Below are positions 41,593 through 56,473 of a DNA stretch of 64,000 nucleotides, in pieces. The position numbers and the translations under genes are program-made. The stretch's first letter is position 1; each line of letters begins with the position of its first letter. The stretch spans positions 409,572,001-409,636,000 of the forward strand of contig OZ024740.1 of the NCBI GenBank assembly GCA_964016885.1, read 5' to 3'. The DNA comes from Eledone cirrhosa (Eukaryota). A model generated the notes under the pieces. The model made no database searches and was not told the DNA's origin. It saw nothing but the letters and a program-made list of their open reading frames with translations.

Positions 41593-41896
41593 TACATAAA
41601 AACGATTCAATAATAATTAAATATCAATTTCGTCACTAAATACTAAGACAAATCACGATTAAGTTTCTTATAAATAAACTGGTCCTTATAAAGTTATTAA
41701 AAAGTGTATAAAATCAACATTTCTTTTTCTATAACGAACAAATAAACAAATTTACTTTACACACACATACACACACACTCACACACACATACATTCACAC
41801 ACACATACATATACATACAAATATGAGTGTAAAGAACAAAGACAGTGTTGCAAATATATATACATACACACACACTCACATACACACGCACACACA

Positions 41897-41960
<64 letters not shown>

Positions 41961-42179
41961 CAACACTGTCTTTGTTCTTTACATAAGTAACCTGGTTAAC
42001 AGCTTTGGCTTATATTCAGTTTTTTTTATTTCCCGCCAACGATTTTCTTAACAATGGTTAATTTTTGACAGGCATCCTCTGTGGGGCGGTCACATATTAC
42101 TACAAGTCTACAACTGTTGCACTCGTGATGGCAGCAACGCGACTGATATGAGTCATTTAAACAAACTTTTCCATTCGTG

Positions 42180-43508
42180 GGAAACGATCACGCTCTGGGA
42201 AAGTACAGCAGCGCCAAGTTATGTAATATCTAGCCATTCCTGAGCCATTCCTGGTATTTCTGCCCCACAATGTATCAAGAATTGTCGGGTCCCTGGGTCT
42301 TACTGCTCTTGAATTGACCTGTGGCTGATGCTACAAGTTGATGGTTTCTTGTTTCATAAAACGGGTGGAGTTTTTGTATGTATTTTTAAAATGGCCGTTT
42401 GAAAGGAATTGTTCAGCAATTGAGTTAGTTGATACAGGACATGTAAATTTAGGATTGCTGTCAGAGGCATTTGAGTGTCTTACAAGCAATCCCGCTGGAC
42501 TAGGTAAAATCTATCGCTTGAACCGTTTCCTCCCAGCACTCTCGACGTTTTCTGTCGAGGCAGACTGTCAGGTCTGCTGCCTTTGTGGATGCATCTTCCC
42601 AATGTTAGGCGAGCAGAAACTTGTCACAGAGTTTACCACATTCCTCGTCCATGGTGGAGATGTAGCGTATATTGAATACTAAGGAGAGTAATCGCCAGCT
42701 CACCATTTACCTCAGTGGCACACCGACCTATTTTGGAGAGAAATTGGACCGACAGCTGACCTACAGATAGAAACTTAAGTTCTAACGTGCAAAGGTGCCC
42801 ACGAGGATCAGCCTTCTACGCCGCTACACAGATTCATCATGGGATGCTAGCACATTCACTCTACGTACCAGTGCTCTAACCTTGGTCTACAATCCTGTAG
42901 TACACCTCTCCTTCATAGTGCATGAGCTCCCACACTAAGAAGCTAGATACAGTCCTGAACGACACCTTAAGGCTAATCACCGGATGTTTCCGTCATACAC
43001 CAACTGTGTATCTAATTGGTCTCAGACGTTGCTTCGTCATCGCTTCGTAGAGAGCATCACACACATTGGTTGGTAACCAAGGCTTCAATAGACTCAAGTC
43101 ATCCGCTCCATGACATGACTAAGGATTCTCAGCTACTAGACCAACATCACTTGATGTCATGCCACCATTTCTCTCGCACCCAAGCTGCGAGACTCAGATT
43201 TCAACATGCCTCAGACATGGAAAGTTAACTGGCAACAAACATCTCGACCCACACAACTGAATGTCCACCCCAATACGACCCTCTCCCAAGTACTAACCTC
43301 TCTCGGGGGGAGTGTGTGTCCTAGAATCGGCTACGCACAGGTGTCGGCCGGATCATTGCAACTATGCACCACAGAGGGTTGTGTCCACCAGCAGCTTGCC
43401 AGTGAGTCTCGCTAGAGAAGACTGCTGAACATATACTGAGTGCCTGGAGCTGGTTACAAAGCCTGGGAGTGATCACATAATTGTAGTTGTCTCATACGCA
43501 AGAAGAAG
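42180..43508. mobile_element. Decayed ingi/I-group-like LINE with inverted 5' part
   Basis: Plus 42700-43500 shows KLDRQLT, WDASTFTLRTSAL, HTKKLDTVLNDTLRLITG and a short GAA tail. Minus 42665-42280 shows DRKRRECWEETVQAIDFT and KSSKTQGPD. Confidence 0.65.
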
Positions 43509-44380
43509 GTCCCTCTGGAATTCTTTCCCTGCACATGTCTTTCGTGCAGGACTCGGCTTACAACAAATTAAACTGAACAGCAACTTCAATCGCACCAATC
43601 TCAGAGGACCTGCAAAAGTCACTGATAGAGCCCCTTCTTCCAAACCTAGAAAAAGAACATAACAAACCACCACCAAACCACCTCTATCACACAAACACAT
43701 TAACACACCCCCGCCATCACTACTGTCACAACCACATCCCTAACATCAATTTTATCGGCCATACATATTCTCTTTTTTCTTTTTAAAGAAATAACTTCTA
43801 ACCCTAATTTCTTCTTACGATGCTCGGTATCTCACCCTCGGGTGGGTTTAATGACAACTGTAGAGAAAGTTTGAAACTATTAAGCGAGGAAAAGATGGAG
43901 GAGATAAAAAGGAACGAATGCCGAGCTGTAGAGAGAGGATACGTTATGAGAAGAGGAGAAGATGAGAAGGAAGAAAGTGAGAAAGAGAACATATAAAAGA
44001 GAATACAAAGCAAGAAAGAGATAGAGAGGTGGGGGAGATAGGGGAAGAGAATGATGATAGAATATGATAAGGAAACAGAGGGGGGGTAAAATACACAGTC
44101 TGGTGTGGGGCAGAAAAGGAAGAACACAAGATCGATACATAAAAATGAGAGAGGAAGAGAATAAATGGGACATACCCACAAACAAAATGTATATACTGGG
44201 TGAGTCATAAGTAACCGGGCGGTCAAATATATATACCTAATAAGATTTACTAAAATTCTGGTCATACAGTGCGAAATTATAACTACATCAAACAAAAGTA
44301 GTTAAAAATATATAATTGAAGTATTCGAAAAGCTGACCCTGTTCCTCACACACAAATAAGCGGATGTTCAATAAGTTTAT

Positions 44381-45928
44381 TGAGCACCCCACTCGATTTC
44401 AGGTAAAAAAAAAAATGTTTCTCAGTTTTTTCCTGTGCTATCAACTAATCTAACCTCCAAGATTCTAGCAATCGATTTTTTTTTTTCAGGAGAACGGATG
44501 GGGTAGTGTGAGCCCACCCCTCGGATAACTCCCCCCTGTCCTCTACAACTTTTTTTCGCGTGTTATCAATAAGTAGAACCTCGAAACCAGTCTGAGACAA
44601 CTAGATTTATAGAAAAGGTAGGGCAAAAGGGTGGAGTTTCGCACATCTACACCTCTCAGGTCGGGGTGAAATAATTATCTTACTTTTTTTTTTTTTTTTG
44701 ACTTCTAAGATGCTTGCAATCGACTTTTTTCTCGGAAAACGGAAACCCTAACCCTAAAACTACACCTAAACCTAACCCTAACCCTAAACCTAACCCTAAC
44801 CCTAAACCTAACTTTAACAAAAACCCTAACCCTAAACCTAACCCAACACAAACCCTAACCCTAACCCTAACAAAAACCCTAACCCTAAACCTAATCCTAA
44901 ACCTAATCCTAACCCTAAACCTAACCCTAACCCTAACTTTAACAAAAACCCTAACCCTAACCCTAAACCTAACCCAACACAAACCCTAACCCTAAACCTA
45001 ACAAAAACCCTAACCCTAAACCTAATCCTAAACCTAATCCTAACCCTAAACCTAACCCTAACCCTAAACCTAACTTTAACAAAAACCCTAACCCTAACCC
45101 TAAACCTAACCCCAACACAAACCCTAACCCTAACCCTAACAAAAACCCTAACCCTAAACCTAATCCTAAACCTAACCCTAACCTTAAACCTAACTTTAAA
45201 AAAAACCCTAACCCTAACCCTAAACCTAACCCAACACAAACCCTAACCCTAACCCTAACAAAAACCCTAACCCTAAACCTAATCCTAAACCTAATCCTAA
45301 ACCTAATCCTAACCCTAAACCTAACCCTAACCCTAAACCTAACTTTAACAAAAACCCTAACCCTAAACCTAATCCTAAACCTAATCCTAAACCTAATCCT
45401 AATCCTAACCCTAAACCTAATTTTAACAAAAACCCTAACCCTAACCCTAAACCTAACCCCAACACAAACCCTAACCCTAACCCTAACCCTAACCCTAAAC
45501 CTAATCCTAAACCTAATCCTAACCCTAAAACCAACTCCAACCTAAACCCTATCCCTAATCCGGTGGAAAAAGTTGATTGCTAGCATCTAAGAGGTCCAGA
45601 AAGAAAATAAGGAATGATAATTATTTCCCACCAAACGCGAGAGGTGTGAAGGTCTGCGAGATTCCGATGGTCTTTTTGCTCGCTTTCACCCCACCCCCTT
45701 TTTTCAACAAATCTGGTTTGGAGGTCCTACTTGTTGATAACACACGAACAAAAATGCGTAAGGAAAACTCCAAGGAAGGGATTATCCGAGGGAGAGCCAT
45801 CCCACCCCCTCCGTTCACTGGGGAAAAATTTGATTGCCAGAATCTTGGAGGTTAAATTAGTTGAAAGCACACGAAAAAATAAAACGAGGAAAAAATATTT
45901 TCCCACTAAAGTCGAGTTGGGTGTTCTA
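44381..45928. repeat. Interstitial telomere-like (CCCTAA variant) array at 44745-45558, bracketed by ~360-bp diverged inverted repeats
   Basis: CCCTAA/ACCTAA/TCCTAA hexamers with ~120-bp higher-order periodicity. 44381-44737 is a diverged reverse complement of 45559-45928. Confidence 0.85.
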
Positions 45929-46262
45929 TAATAATTGTTTCTACTTTTGGCACAAGGACAGCAATTATCCCAGTATATTACTGGTATTTGCAGTAAAAAT
46001 GCATTGACTGTCCGGTTACTCAAGACGTACCCTGTTGTATGCATATATATATATATGTATGCATGTGTATGTAAGTAGCAACACTAATATAAACACATAC
46101 ACACACACTTACGTTGTATAAGTGTGTGCATGTATAATGTGTAATGTAAATGAGTGCGCATATGTAATGTGTGTGCTCGGTAGCTTGTTTTCTGAATCTG
46201 AAGAGAAGGGCCATGAATATATGATACATAACTTAGTTATCGATAGTGTAAGGATACACACG

Positions 46263-46790
46263 CATGTACACCAGGTCCGAACACAGAGGAGCCGAACTCC
46301 CACTGTCATCGCCTCCGTCTCTCCCGCCTCCCCATCTCTCATGTACACCAGGTCCGAACACAGAGGAGCCGAACTCCCACTGTCATCGCCTCCGTCTCTC
46401 CCGCCTCCCCATCTCTCATGTACACCAGGTCCGAACACAGAGGAGCCGAACTCCCACTGTCATCGCCTCCGTCTCTCCCGCCTCCCCATCTCTCATGTAC
46501 ACCAGGTCCGAACACAGAGGAGCCGAACTCCCACTGTCATCGCCTCCGTCTCTCCCGCCTCCCCATCTCTCACTATTATGAGCAAATGGGGTCCCACACG
46601 CTGGCCTCCCCACAGCCCCAGCGGACAGAATTGAGAAGGCGTTTCCTCGGGGGATGGTGAGGGAGATGCGCTGGAAGAGCCATTCCAGCTCGCGAGGCTC
46701 ACACCTGTGGGTAGCCAACTCTGTGCCAATGGTGGTGAGTAGGGAGGTGGCCCTAGGGTCAAGGACACCAGAAGTCTCCACTTCTAGGGG
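46263..46790 (-). mobile_element. CRE-like 3' end carrying four tandem 77-bp copies of its terminal sequence
   Basis: PLEVETSGVLDPRATSLL..WLFQRISL matches 37500-37690. 77-bp units start at 46263, 46340, 46417 and 46494. Confidence 0.88.
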
Positions 46791-47159
46791 CTTGACAGCA
46801 GGCTTAGCATTTATGTCTGACATGAAAGACCCCACGGTGAAGTCTTGCATTTGGAGTAAACACGATGACTTTCTAATTGCGTACAGTCCATGTTAGAGGG
46901 TGGTGAGATGCAGTGATAGTTCCATACACATCTAATCAATAAAACAAACGAACAATTATAATGGTTTCTGATTTAGGCACAAGGCCAGCAATTTGTGGGG
47001 AGGGGAAAGTCAATTAAATTTATCGACCCGTAAGGATGAAATGTAAAGCTAACCGCGGTAGGATTTGAACTCAGAGCGTAAAAGGCTATAATAATGGTTT
47101 TTACTATAGCCACAAAGCCAACAATTTTGGGGGAGGGAAAAGTCAATTATATCGACCCC

Positions 47160-47569
<410 letters not shown>

Positions 47570-47574
47570 GTGTG

Positions 47575-47605
<31 letters not shown>

Positions 47606-47735
47606 ATAAAAAAACATGAGAAGAAAGAGGAATACTGCGTGGTTGCACATGGGTTACATATTATAAAATTAGTCCCTCGTCAGTGATTTGCCAACCATCA
47701 TTGGTATTTCATCGCATATATATATATATATGTAT

Positions 47736-47776
<41 letters not shown>

Positions 47777-47808
47777 CACACACTCACACATATATATATA
47801 TATATATA

Positions 47809-47897
<89 letters not shown>

Positions 47898-48250
47898 CGC
47901 GTATGTGTGTGTGTGTGAATATATATGCTATATGCATGTAAACGAATGTATATATGTGTATGCACACAGCACAGCTATCGCCTTCATTCATACACTCCCA
48001 ACATGCAATATATGTCTGACCCTGATAAACAGGCGAAACTAAAGTAACAAGACACTTTTTAGCCTTAATATAAATGAATATTAAAACTCTTAGCACACCT
48101 TTCTTTCAGCCGTCAACCACATACGGATATATATATTGTGTACACATGCGTGTTTGTATATGTGTGTGTGTGCGTGAATGTGCGTGCGTGCGCATGTGTA
48201 TGTGTGAGTGTTTAGGTTCATATGTGTTAATATATTAAAAAAACACCAAC

Positions 48251-48388
48251 CTCGATAGCATATTTGCTGCACTTAATATCTCTTTGTTCTAGACCACGTC
48301 TCAATTCATCAACAGACAAGTTACCATCTTTACTTGTATCAAGATCATCGAAAGCTTTTCCCCAATCATAGTTCTCCTTCGAAGCCAT
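48251..48388 (-). CDS. EF-hand protein first coding exon A (canonical EF1)
   Basis: MASKENYDWGKAFDDLDTSKDGNLSVDELRRGLEQRDIKCSKYAIE|gttggt, phase 0. Canonical loop DTSKDGNLSVDE. TATATAA ~80 nt upstream. Confidence 0.85.
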
Positions 48389-48797
48389 TTCTAAGATTCA
48401 CAAGACTCGAGTATTTCCGAGAGAAGTGTAGAAACTATCTGATTATAAACTAGACTGTTTAGGATTATATATAACTCGTATCTGTTTGCTTTAACCGGAT
48501 GTCTGTCGATAATGTTTCTTGTATATCGTGTGAATATGTGTGTGTGTATATGTGTGTGTGTATATGTGTGTGTGAGTGTGTAACTTTAGCTTCCTAATTT
48601 CTTGCTGTCCTTTTTTTATGCAATTATGCACGATCGAAATCACTCAATGAACCAAATCAACAAAAGATTATGTAAAGCTCCTGTTAGAAAGTGTGGGGAT
48701 GTTCTCCGTTTGGAACCTCCTCCACATACACACACACGCATACACTTTCTCACACATACATTCTCAGTACTCACTTATTTTCACTTGCTTGTATTTG

Positions 48798-48866
<69 letters not shown>

Positions 48867-48867
48867 T

Positions 48868-48931
<64 letters not shown>

Positions 48932-49181
48932 AGCATGTGTGTACACAGCAGAAACTGTGCCCTCAATAAGATCAAACGAATTAACAAAGGAATACATTTA
49001 GTGCTTGAGCGGGAATATATATGTGTGTAGCTCTGTAGTTAAAAAGTTCGCTTCGCAATCATGTGGTTTTGAGTTCAGTCCCATTGTGTTCACCAATGCA
49101 TTGTGGGTGGAATTTGGCCCGTGCAAGCTGTGAGAAAGAACATCGTATATCTATACACACACACACACACATATATAGTTA

Positions 49182-50590
49182 ATGATGATCATCTGGTGCC
49201 TTCACCCTCGCCATACCAAAATGGCAATTCCTTATAACCTAGCCAGAAGGATCTGCACAATAGTTTCAGATAAATACACATGCTACACACGGCTAGAAGA
49301 ATTAAAAAACACACTTATCTGCAGAAACTACCCACCATCCCTAATCAACAATGGATTCCAACGTGCCCTAAAACTCGACATCCAGGAACTCAGAAACCCC
49401 AAACCCAGGAATGAACCGCAACAGAAAACTCTACCATACACCTCCACACACAACTCCCTCAACAATGAGGCATTCGACACCATCCTCCAGAACATTCCTT
49501 TACTAAAAAGAGACCCAAGAGTGAACAAAATCCTCCAAACACACAACATCATAAAGATCAAAAGACAACCTAAATCCATAAAAAGCATCCTCACACAAGC
49601 CAAAATCCAACAAACCCTCACAATGAACCCTACAGTAAAAAAATGCGGAAGGCCCAACTGTGGTATATACATAAATCTAATAGAAGGTTCAACATTCCAT
49701 TTTAAACAACGACAACATTTCACAGTTAAACACAACTTTACATGTGCATCTGAAAACTTAATCTATGTTTTGACCTGCTCAGGTTGTCAAGAGCAATACA
49801 TAGGACAGAAAAAAAACAGCCTCCGACAACGTATGACCGTCCATAGATCACAAATCAAAATACAGAAATACAGAAAGATTGCTTTTAGTGAACATATCGC
49901 CAATTGTACACCTAACCAACATCCAAACTTTAAAATTTTCCCCATTTACAAATTCATAGACAACGCTTCTTTCATCCATCGTATCAATAAGGAAACGTAC
50001 TTCATTAACAAATTCCAACCTCTACTCAATGGACTAAACTTCGGACTAAACTAAAACTGGAACGAACAATGAACCAAAACCAAATTCCTATGTTCTCTAA
50101 AGAGTTACCTCCTTCACACTCTACCTAATCCTTTATCTTATATAAATGAATTACTCCCTCTCATTTCTCTCTCCCCTACCTGACCACCCCGAATTACCTC
50201 CTCCTGCATATTAACTCTCTAAAAAGGGAAATCATATCAAACCCCAGACTACCATTTGCCTCCATCAATGGATCAACTAAGCACTCTTGCCATAATAACA
50301 CATTTTGAACTGCTTATCTTCAAGAACTATGCCTGTAAATAATATTATTTTTTCTTTCCCATTACTTTATCATGTTCCACATTGCCCCCTTTTTTTTCTT
50401 TTTTCTTTTCACTTCAAAAACCTTGCTTGTAAATAACATTATTCTTTCTTCCTCATCTCCTTAACATGTTCAACGTCACCAACATTTTACACCAATACAA
50501 TTTCCCCCTTTGATAATGCATACAATGCTGAAACCGGTAATAGACAATTATTAAATATATTAATAAATAAATGCCATTGTTAATTAATAA
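49182..50590 (+). mobile_element. Penelope-like element (Neptune-like) 3' part: post-RT region, Cys-rich linker, GIY-YIG, 3' UTR
   Basis: Open frame HPRHTKMAIPYNLARRICTIVS...CGRPNC...FTCASENLIYVLTCSGCQEQYIGQ...LRQRMTVH...GLN. Confidence 0.9.
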
Positions 50591-50763
50591 ATAAATTAAC
50601 TAATACCTTAACACTTCACACAAAGTAAAATATTTTGTTTTAAGCATTTTCTAACCCAGAAAAAAGAGAAAAAAATAAAAGGGAAAAAATATTTTTTTCT
50701 TCCTAATAATCGTCTTTTTCTCCCTATTTTCATATATTCCAACTCGTGCGCTCCTTCTCCACA

Positions 50764-50830
<67 letters not shown>

Positions 50831-50862
50831 TATATACATACATACACATATTTATATATATG

Positions 50863-50986
<124 letters not shown>

Positions 50987-51542
50987 GTAATAATAATAAA
51001 TTTGAAGACTAAAATCCAAAGAGGGCTCGATAAGGATAAATATATATCAAATATTTAAGAACCGTAGAGCAAATATTTATTAAAATAACAGATTAAAGTT
51101 TAAGCAAAGAATCGCTGCTTTCACCTTTAACAGGATCTTCTGAAACTAACTAAGCAGCGATTCTTTGCTTAAACTTTAATCTGTTATTTTAATAAATATA
51201 TCATTATATATACTTTAAATTTGAAGGATGAAGGCAACAGATGATCATCATTAACTTCAATGCTAAGAATAGCCAGAGAGACCAGCAATCGCTCTGTGTA
51301 ATCAGCTCCTGATTATTAATGGAATTCTATAAGAATCCAGCTTCTATAATTTTCGACAAAGGCAGGGGAGTGCATGGTTTTGATAAATGCCAAACAGCGA
51401 GAAACAGAATGACGGCTTCTCTCCCTACCCTTGCCGAAAATAAGTAAGTGACATTGTCACTACTTTAAAACTGATGGCGAATGGTCTTCTAAATGTTTTT
51501 TCCTAAAACATACGGTATATTGGCAAATATACTATACATACA

Positions 51543-51617
<75 letters not shown>

Positions 51618-51957
51618 GTAGTTCTGCTGTGAGAAGGGTTCAGCGCGGACAACAGACCTGTCCCTCCTCGTAGCGGTGCCATCCACTTCCACTCTGCAAA
51701 TGTGGTTGCCTCACCAAACTGTGGTCCCGCTGTAAGGAAGGGTGCGGGGCAGCCAACGGGCCTTTCCCTTTTCATACCAGTGCCATCCAGTCACACACTG
51801 TAAATGTCGTTGCTGTTAGAAAGGGCATCCAGCTGTCAAAATCCTGGCCAAATTTACAGTTCCGTCAGAGCAAGGTACAGAGTTGTCTCTCGATGCTGAC
51901 GACCCGTCTGACCCATGCAAGCATGGAAAAATGGTAGTTAAACGGTGATGATGATGA

Positions 51958-52791
<834 letters not shown>

Positions 52792-53582
52792 TTAAAATAA
52801 CAGATTAAAGTTTAAGCAAAGAATTATTGCTTTCACCCTTAACGGGATCTTCTGAAACTAAAAACATCAATCTGTGAACGCAGAAGTAAATATTTCGAAA
52901 AACGTTACAACGGAAGGAAAACATGAAGACGATACTTTGGTTCGTGAAGACGTTCCCTGGCAAGGAACGGATAATAGCGAACATAATACGTCATCAATGT
53001 TCGTCAGAATGTCGTAATGCAGACAGCCAGGCATACAGACAGATATTATAAGAGCGCGGCGGAGATGGATAACCGGCGCCTAACACCCCTTTAACAACAG
53101 AAAATTGAAAAATAAAAGCTGCAGTTAATATCTTTAGACCGCAAGGAATATATAAATGCAAGTTTGAAGTCAATCGTAGTAGAAATGTGGATTTGTATAG
53201 ACTTTACAAAAATGAGGACACACAGACAACATCAGTTTTATATATATAGACATATATATTTAAACGAGGCTATAGTAAAAAGATTTACTATATTCACGGT
53301 TGTTCCCACTACTCATTTAATGAGACAAGACTTGTATTTTTTTTTTTTTTTTTTGCAAGATTCTTGCTGTGAAAGAAAATACAAGATGGAGTAGCAGATT
53401 AATACCAGAAAGAAAAGGAGACAAAAAAATAATAGAAGTCATTGGGAAGGTCACTGAATGTGTGACGAAAGAACTTTAGCGAACTAAAGAATAATTAGTA
53501 ATAAAGATAAAGTGAAAATCATATGGTGCGTGTTTCTTTTTATTGGCAATACTGGCAACATGACCTTTCCAAAATATAACAA

Positions 53583-53615
<33 letters not shown>

Positions 53616-53619
<4 letters not shown>

Positions 53620-54092
53620 CTGCCATGTCCTGTATCTCCAACAGACCAGTGTCTGTCCTTAGGACATCAACACACGTTAACCTTGGTCTTCCTCTTTCAG
53701 TGTGTCCATGTAGGGGCTCCCACAGGAGCACTGAGTGCAATGTCAACTCTGGATGTCGGTGAACATGTCCAGCTAACTTCAGTGTCCTCTGTGTCACTTT
53801 TGAGCTGACTCTTAGGAGGCCCCCATACAGCTCTGAGATTTTCATCCTCAGTGTATACTAATTAATGTTCAGAGCCATCCTCAGCATTCTCGTGTAGCAC
53901 CCATCCAACATCTGAGTGAGTTTCTTGGTCAGTGTCTAAGTCTCAGACCCGTACAGCAGCACAGACTCCACTACAGCAATGAAGAGGCGGATTTTCAGGT
54001 CTTTATGAAGGTCCGACATGGCAGCGATAATGAGGGACAGAGACCGCTGGAGAGAACTCGTCCATGGATCTCGGGAATTTTACCCGCCCTAG
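53616..54092 (+). mobile_element. 5'-inverted RTE-like LINE copy (same family as 8895-9841)
   Basis: 53616-54016 is the inverted upstream segment; 54015-54092 is the 3' terminus (...GGAATTTTACCCGCC). (TA)n on both sides. Confidence 0.85.
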
Positions 54093-54912
54093 ATATATAT
54101 ATATACGTGTGTGTGTGTGTGGTGTGTGCGCGTGTGTGTCTGTGTGTCTGTGTGTGTATGTGTGCGTGTGTGTGTGTCTCTGTGCGTTATCTAATGGCCT
54201 GTGATAAACAGGTGAAACTCAACTCCAAAGGGACAAGACTCACTATTCTGCCTTAATAAAATGAATATTAAAACTCTACTTCGGTATTGAGTACTCTGTT
54301 CTTTCAGTCGTCAACCACATATGGATATACATATGTATAAATATGTGTGTGTGTGGTGTGTGCATCTGTGTGTGTGCGTGTGTGTGTGCGTGTGTGTATG
54401 TGTGTGTGTGTGTGTGTGTTACCTTTCGTTAAACAAAAAAGACCCATAACAGACATTGCAAACTAAGTACTGAGATCAATATGACTGTCTAAATCCTTTG
54501 GAATACAAGACTGCTGGACCATCACCTTTACTGGTTTTTAGACCATTACATCGCCCCCAGAACTCCAGTACTTAGTTAACTCTTACATGAGGTTTTAAAA
54601 TAGGAATTATATTAGAGATATTAGTGTTAAGGGAGGTAACTTGCTCCGAATTTTCTGCCACTAGGCATTTCTGCCACTAGGCATTTCTGTTGTAGCTAAC
54701 TAGTTAAATCTACTATATAGTTATATTTATACTCGTATATAAACACATTCACACACACATTAATATATATATATATATATATGCAAAAGTTCTATTTAAA
54801 TTGCTGGGATACAACAAGTAAATATTTTTATAACTGATATAAAGCACTCGACAAGTATTTGGAGTAGATATACGATATTAATAAATGGAAACTATATTTA
54901 TAAAACCATATT

Positions 54913-54977
54913 TATTTCATTATACATATTTCAGGGATACCAAATTAAATTATGGTATGCCTTCATCAGACAAAATA
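54913..54977 (-). ncRNA. Type I hammerhead ribozyme (inverted-repeat copy 1)
   Basis: Reverse complement of 55059-55123. Confidence 0.7.
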
Positions 54978-55058
54978 CAATATATAACAGTTTTACAAAT
55001 AAGCTTTGACGTACCCTTTTAAAATGCGACCATTATATATGTATTTTGTTATATATTG

Positions 55059-55123
55059 TATTTTGTCTGATGAAGGCATACCATAATTTAATTTGGTATC
55101 CCTGAAATATGTATAATGAAATA
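55059..55123 (+). ncRNA. Type I hammerhead ribozyme (inverted-repeat copy 2)
   Basis: UAUUUUGU-CUGAUGA-AGGCAUACCA(loop)UGGUAUCCCU-GAAA-UAUGUA-UA/AUGAAAUA. Confidence 0.7.
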
Positions 55124-55976
55124 AATATGGTTTTATAAATATAGTTTCCATTTATTAATATCGTATATCTATATATATATATATAGGGAGAAAATGAAAC
55201 GAAATTTCATTTCTCACTCTTAGTACGGCTGTTACTTAAATATAAGTATGTATACGTACATACATATATGTATACAGACACACAGTAGTATGTATATATA
55301 TATACATACATGCACATATATATATATGTACGTATGGATTCACCGAACATTTATTATAATGCTCGGTGTGTTTGTAAACAAAAATCCCGAATTAAGCCGT
55401 ACAGTGTCTAGCAACCAACGTTGCTCATTTTTTCAACACTGACAAAGGAACGCTGTACTAGTTTCAAGCTTATTAGCTATCGTCAGCAACGTATACCTTC
55501 CTGTGCATGTATGTATGTATATATATATACTACAGTGCGTCTGTATACATATATGTATGTACGTATGCATACTTATATTTAAGTAACAACCGTACTAAGA
55601 GTGAGAAATGAAATTTCGTTTCATTTTTTCCGTTTATCGTTTTCGGTGCCCCGGCCGATTAACTCACTCGATATGCAAATTAGGCTGCTCAGCCGTTAAT
55701 ATGCATAAGGGAAGTATATACTTTCAGACGTTCAATCATCTGGGAGGAAGGTATACGTTGCTGACGATAGCTAATAAGCTTGAAACTAGTACAGCGCTCC
55801 TTTGTCAGTGTTGAACAAATGAGCAACGATGGTTGCTAGACACTGTACGGCTTAATTCGGGATGTTTGTTTACAAACACACCGAGCATTATAATAAATGT
55901 TCGGTGAATCCATACGTACATATATATATACATACTACTGTGCGTCTGTATACATATATGTATGTACGTATACATA

Positions 55977-56056
<80 letters not shown>

Positions 56057-56251
56057 GTAGGAGGTGAGTTTTATTGTAGAACAATAAAAATATTGACTGG
56101 ACACTTTCTTGTTCACAAGTGTTTTTTAGGTATCATATCATGTTACGATGTTTTATCTGATGAGAACGCAAATATCGTCCCAGGATGATATTTGTTTTTG
56201 AAATGTGCATAAAAAAATATATGGAACTGTTTTAACCATCTTTTAATTTCT

Positions 56252-56322
<71 letters not shown>

Positions 56323-56356
56323 AGATTTGAATGGATACAGTTTAGTTGAAAGGAAT

Positions 56357-56473
56357 TTATTGACACGTGTTTCTATAACAGTTACATAACCTAAAACAGC
56401 TATCTACAAACTTTTAGTTATGCAGACATTCAATATTTCAATGTTATTATTTACTGTCATTTCATCAGAATAA
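56357..56473 (-). ncRNA. Type I hammerhead with extended stem II (3' pLTR)
   Basis: UUAUU-CUGAUGA-A-AUGACAGU(~70 nt)ACUGUUAU-A-GAAA-CACGUG-UC/AAUAA. Confidence 0.8.

Noticed and set aside
44680-45540. GLGLGL / RVRVRF ORFs
   Set aside because: Translations of telomere-like hexamers.
56157-56190. CTGATGAG followed by a weak hairpin
   Set aside because: No GAAA or stem III follows.
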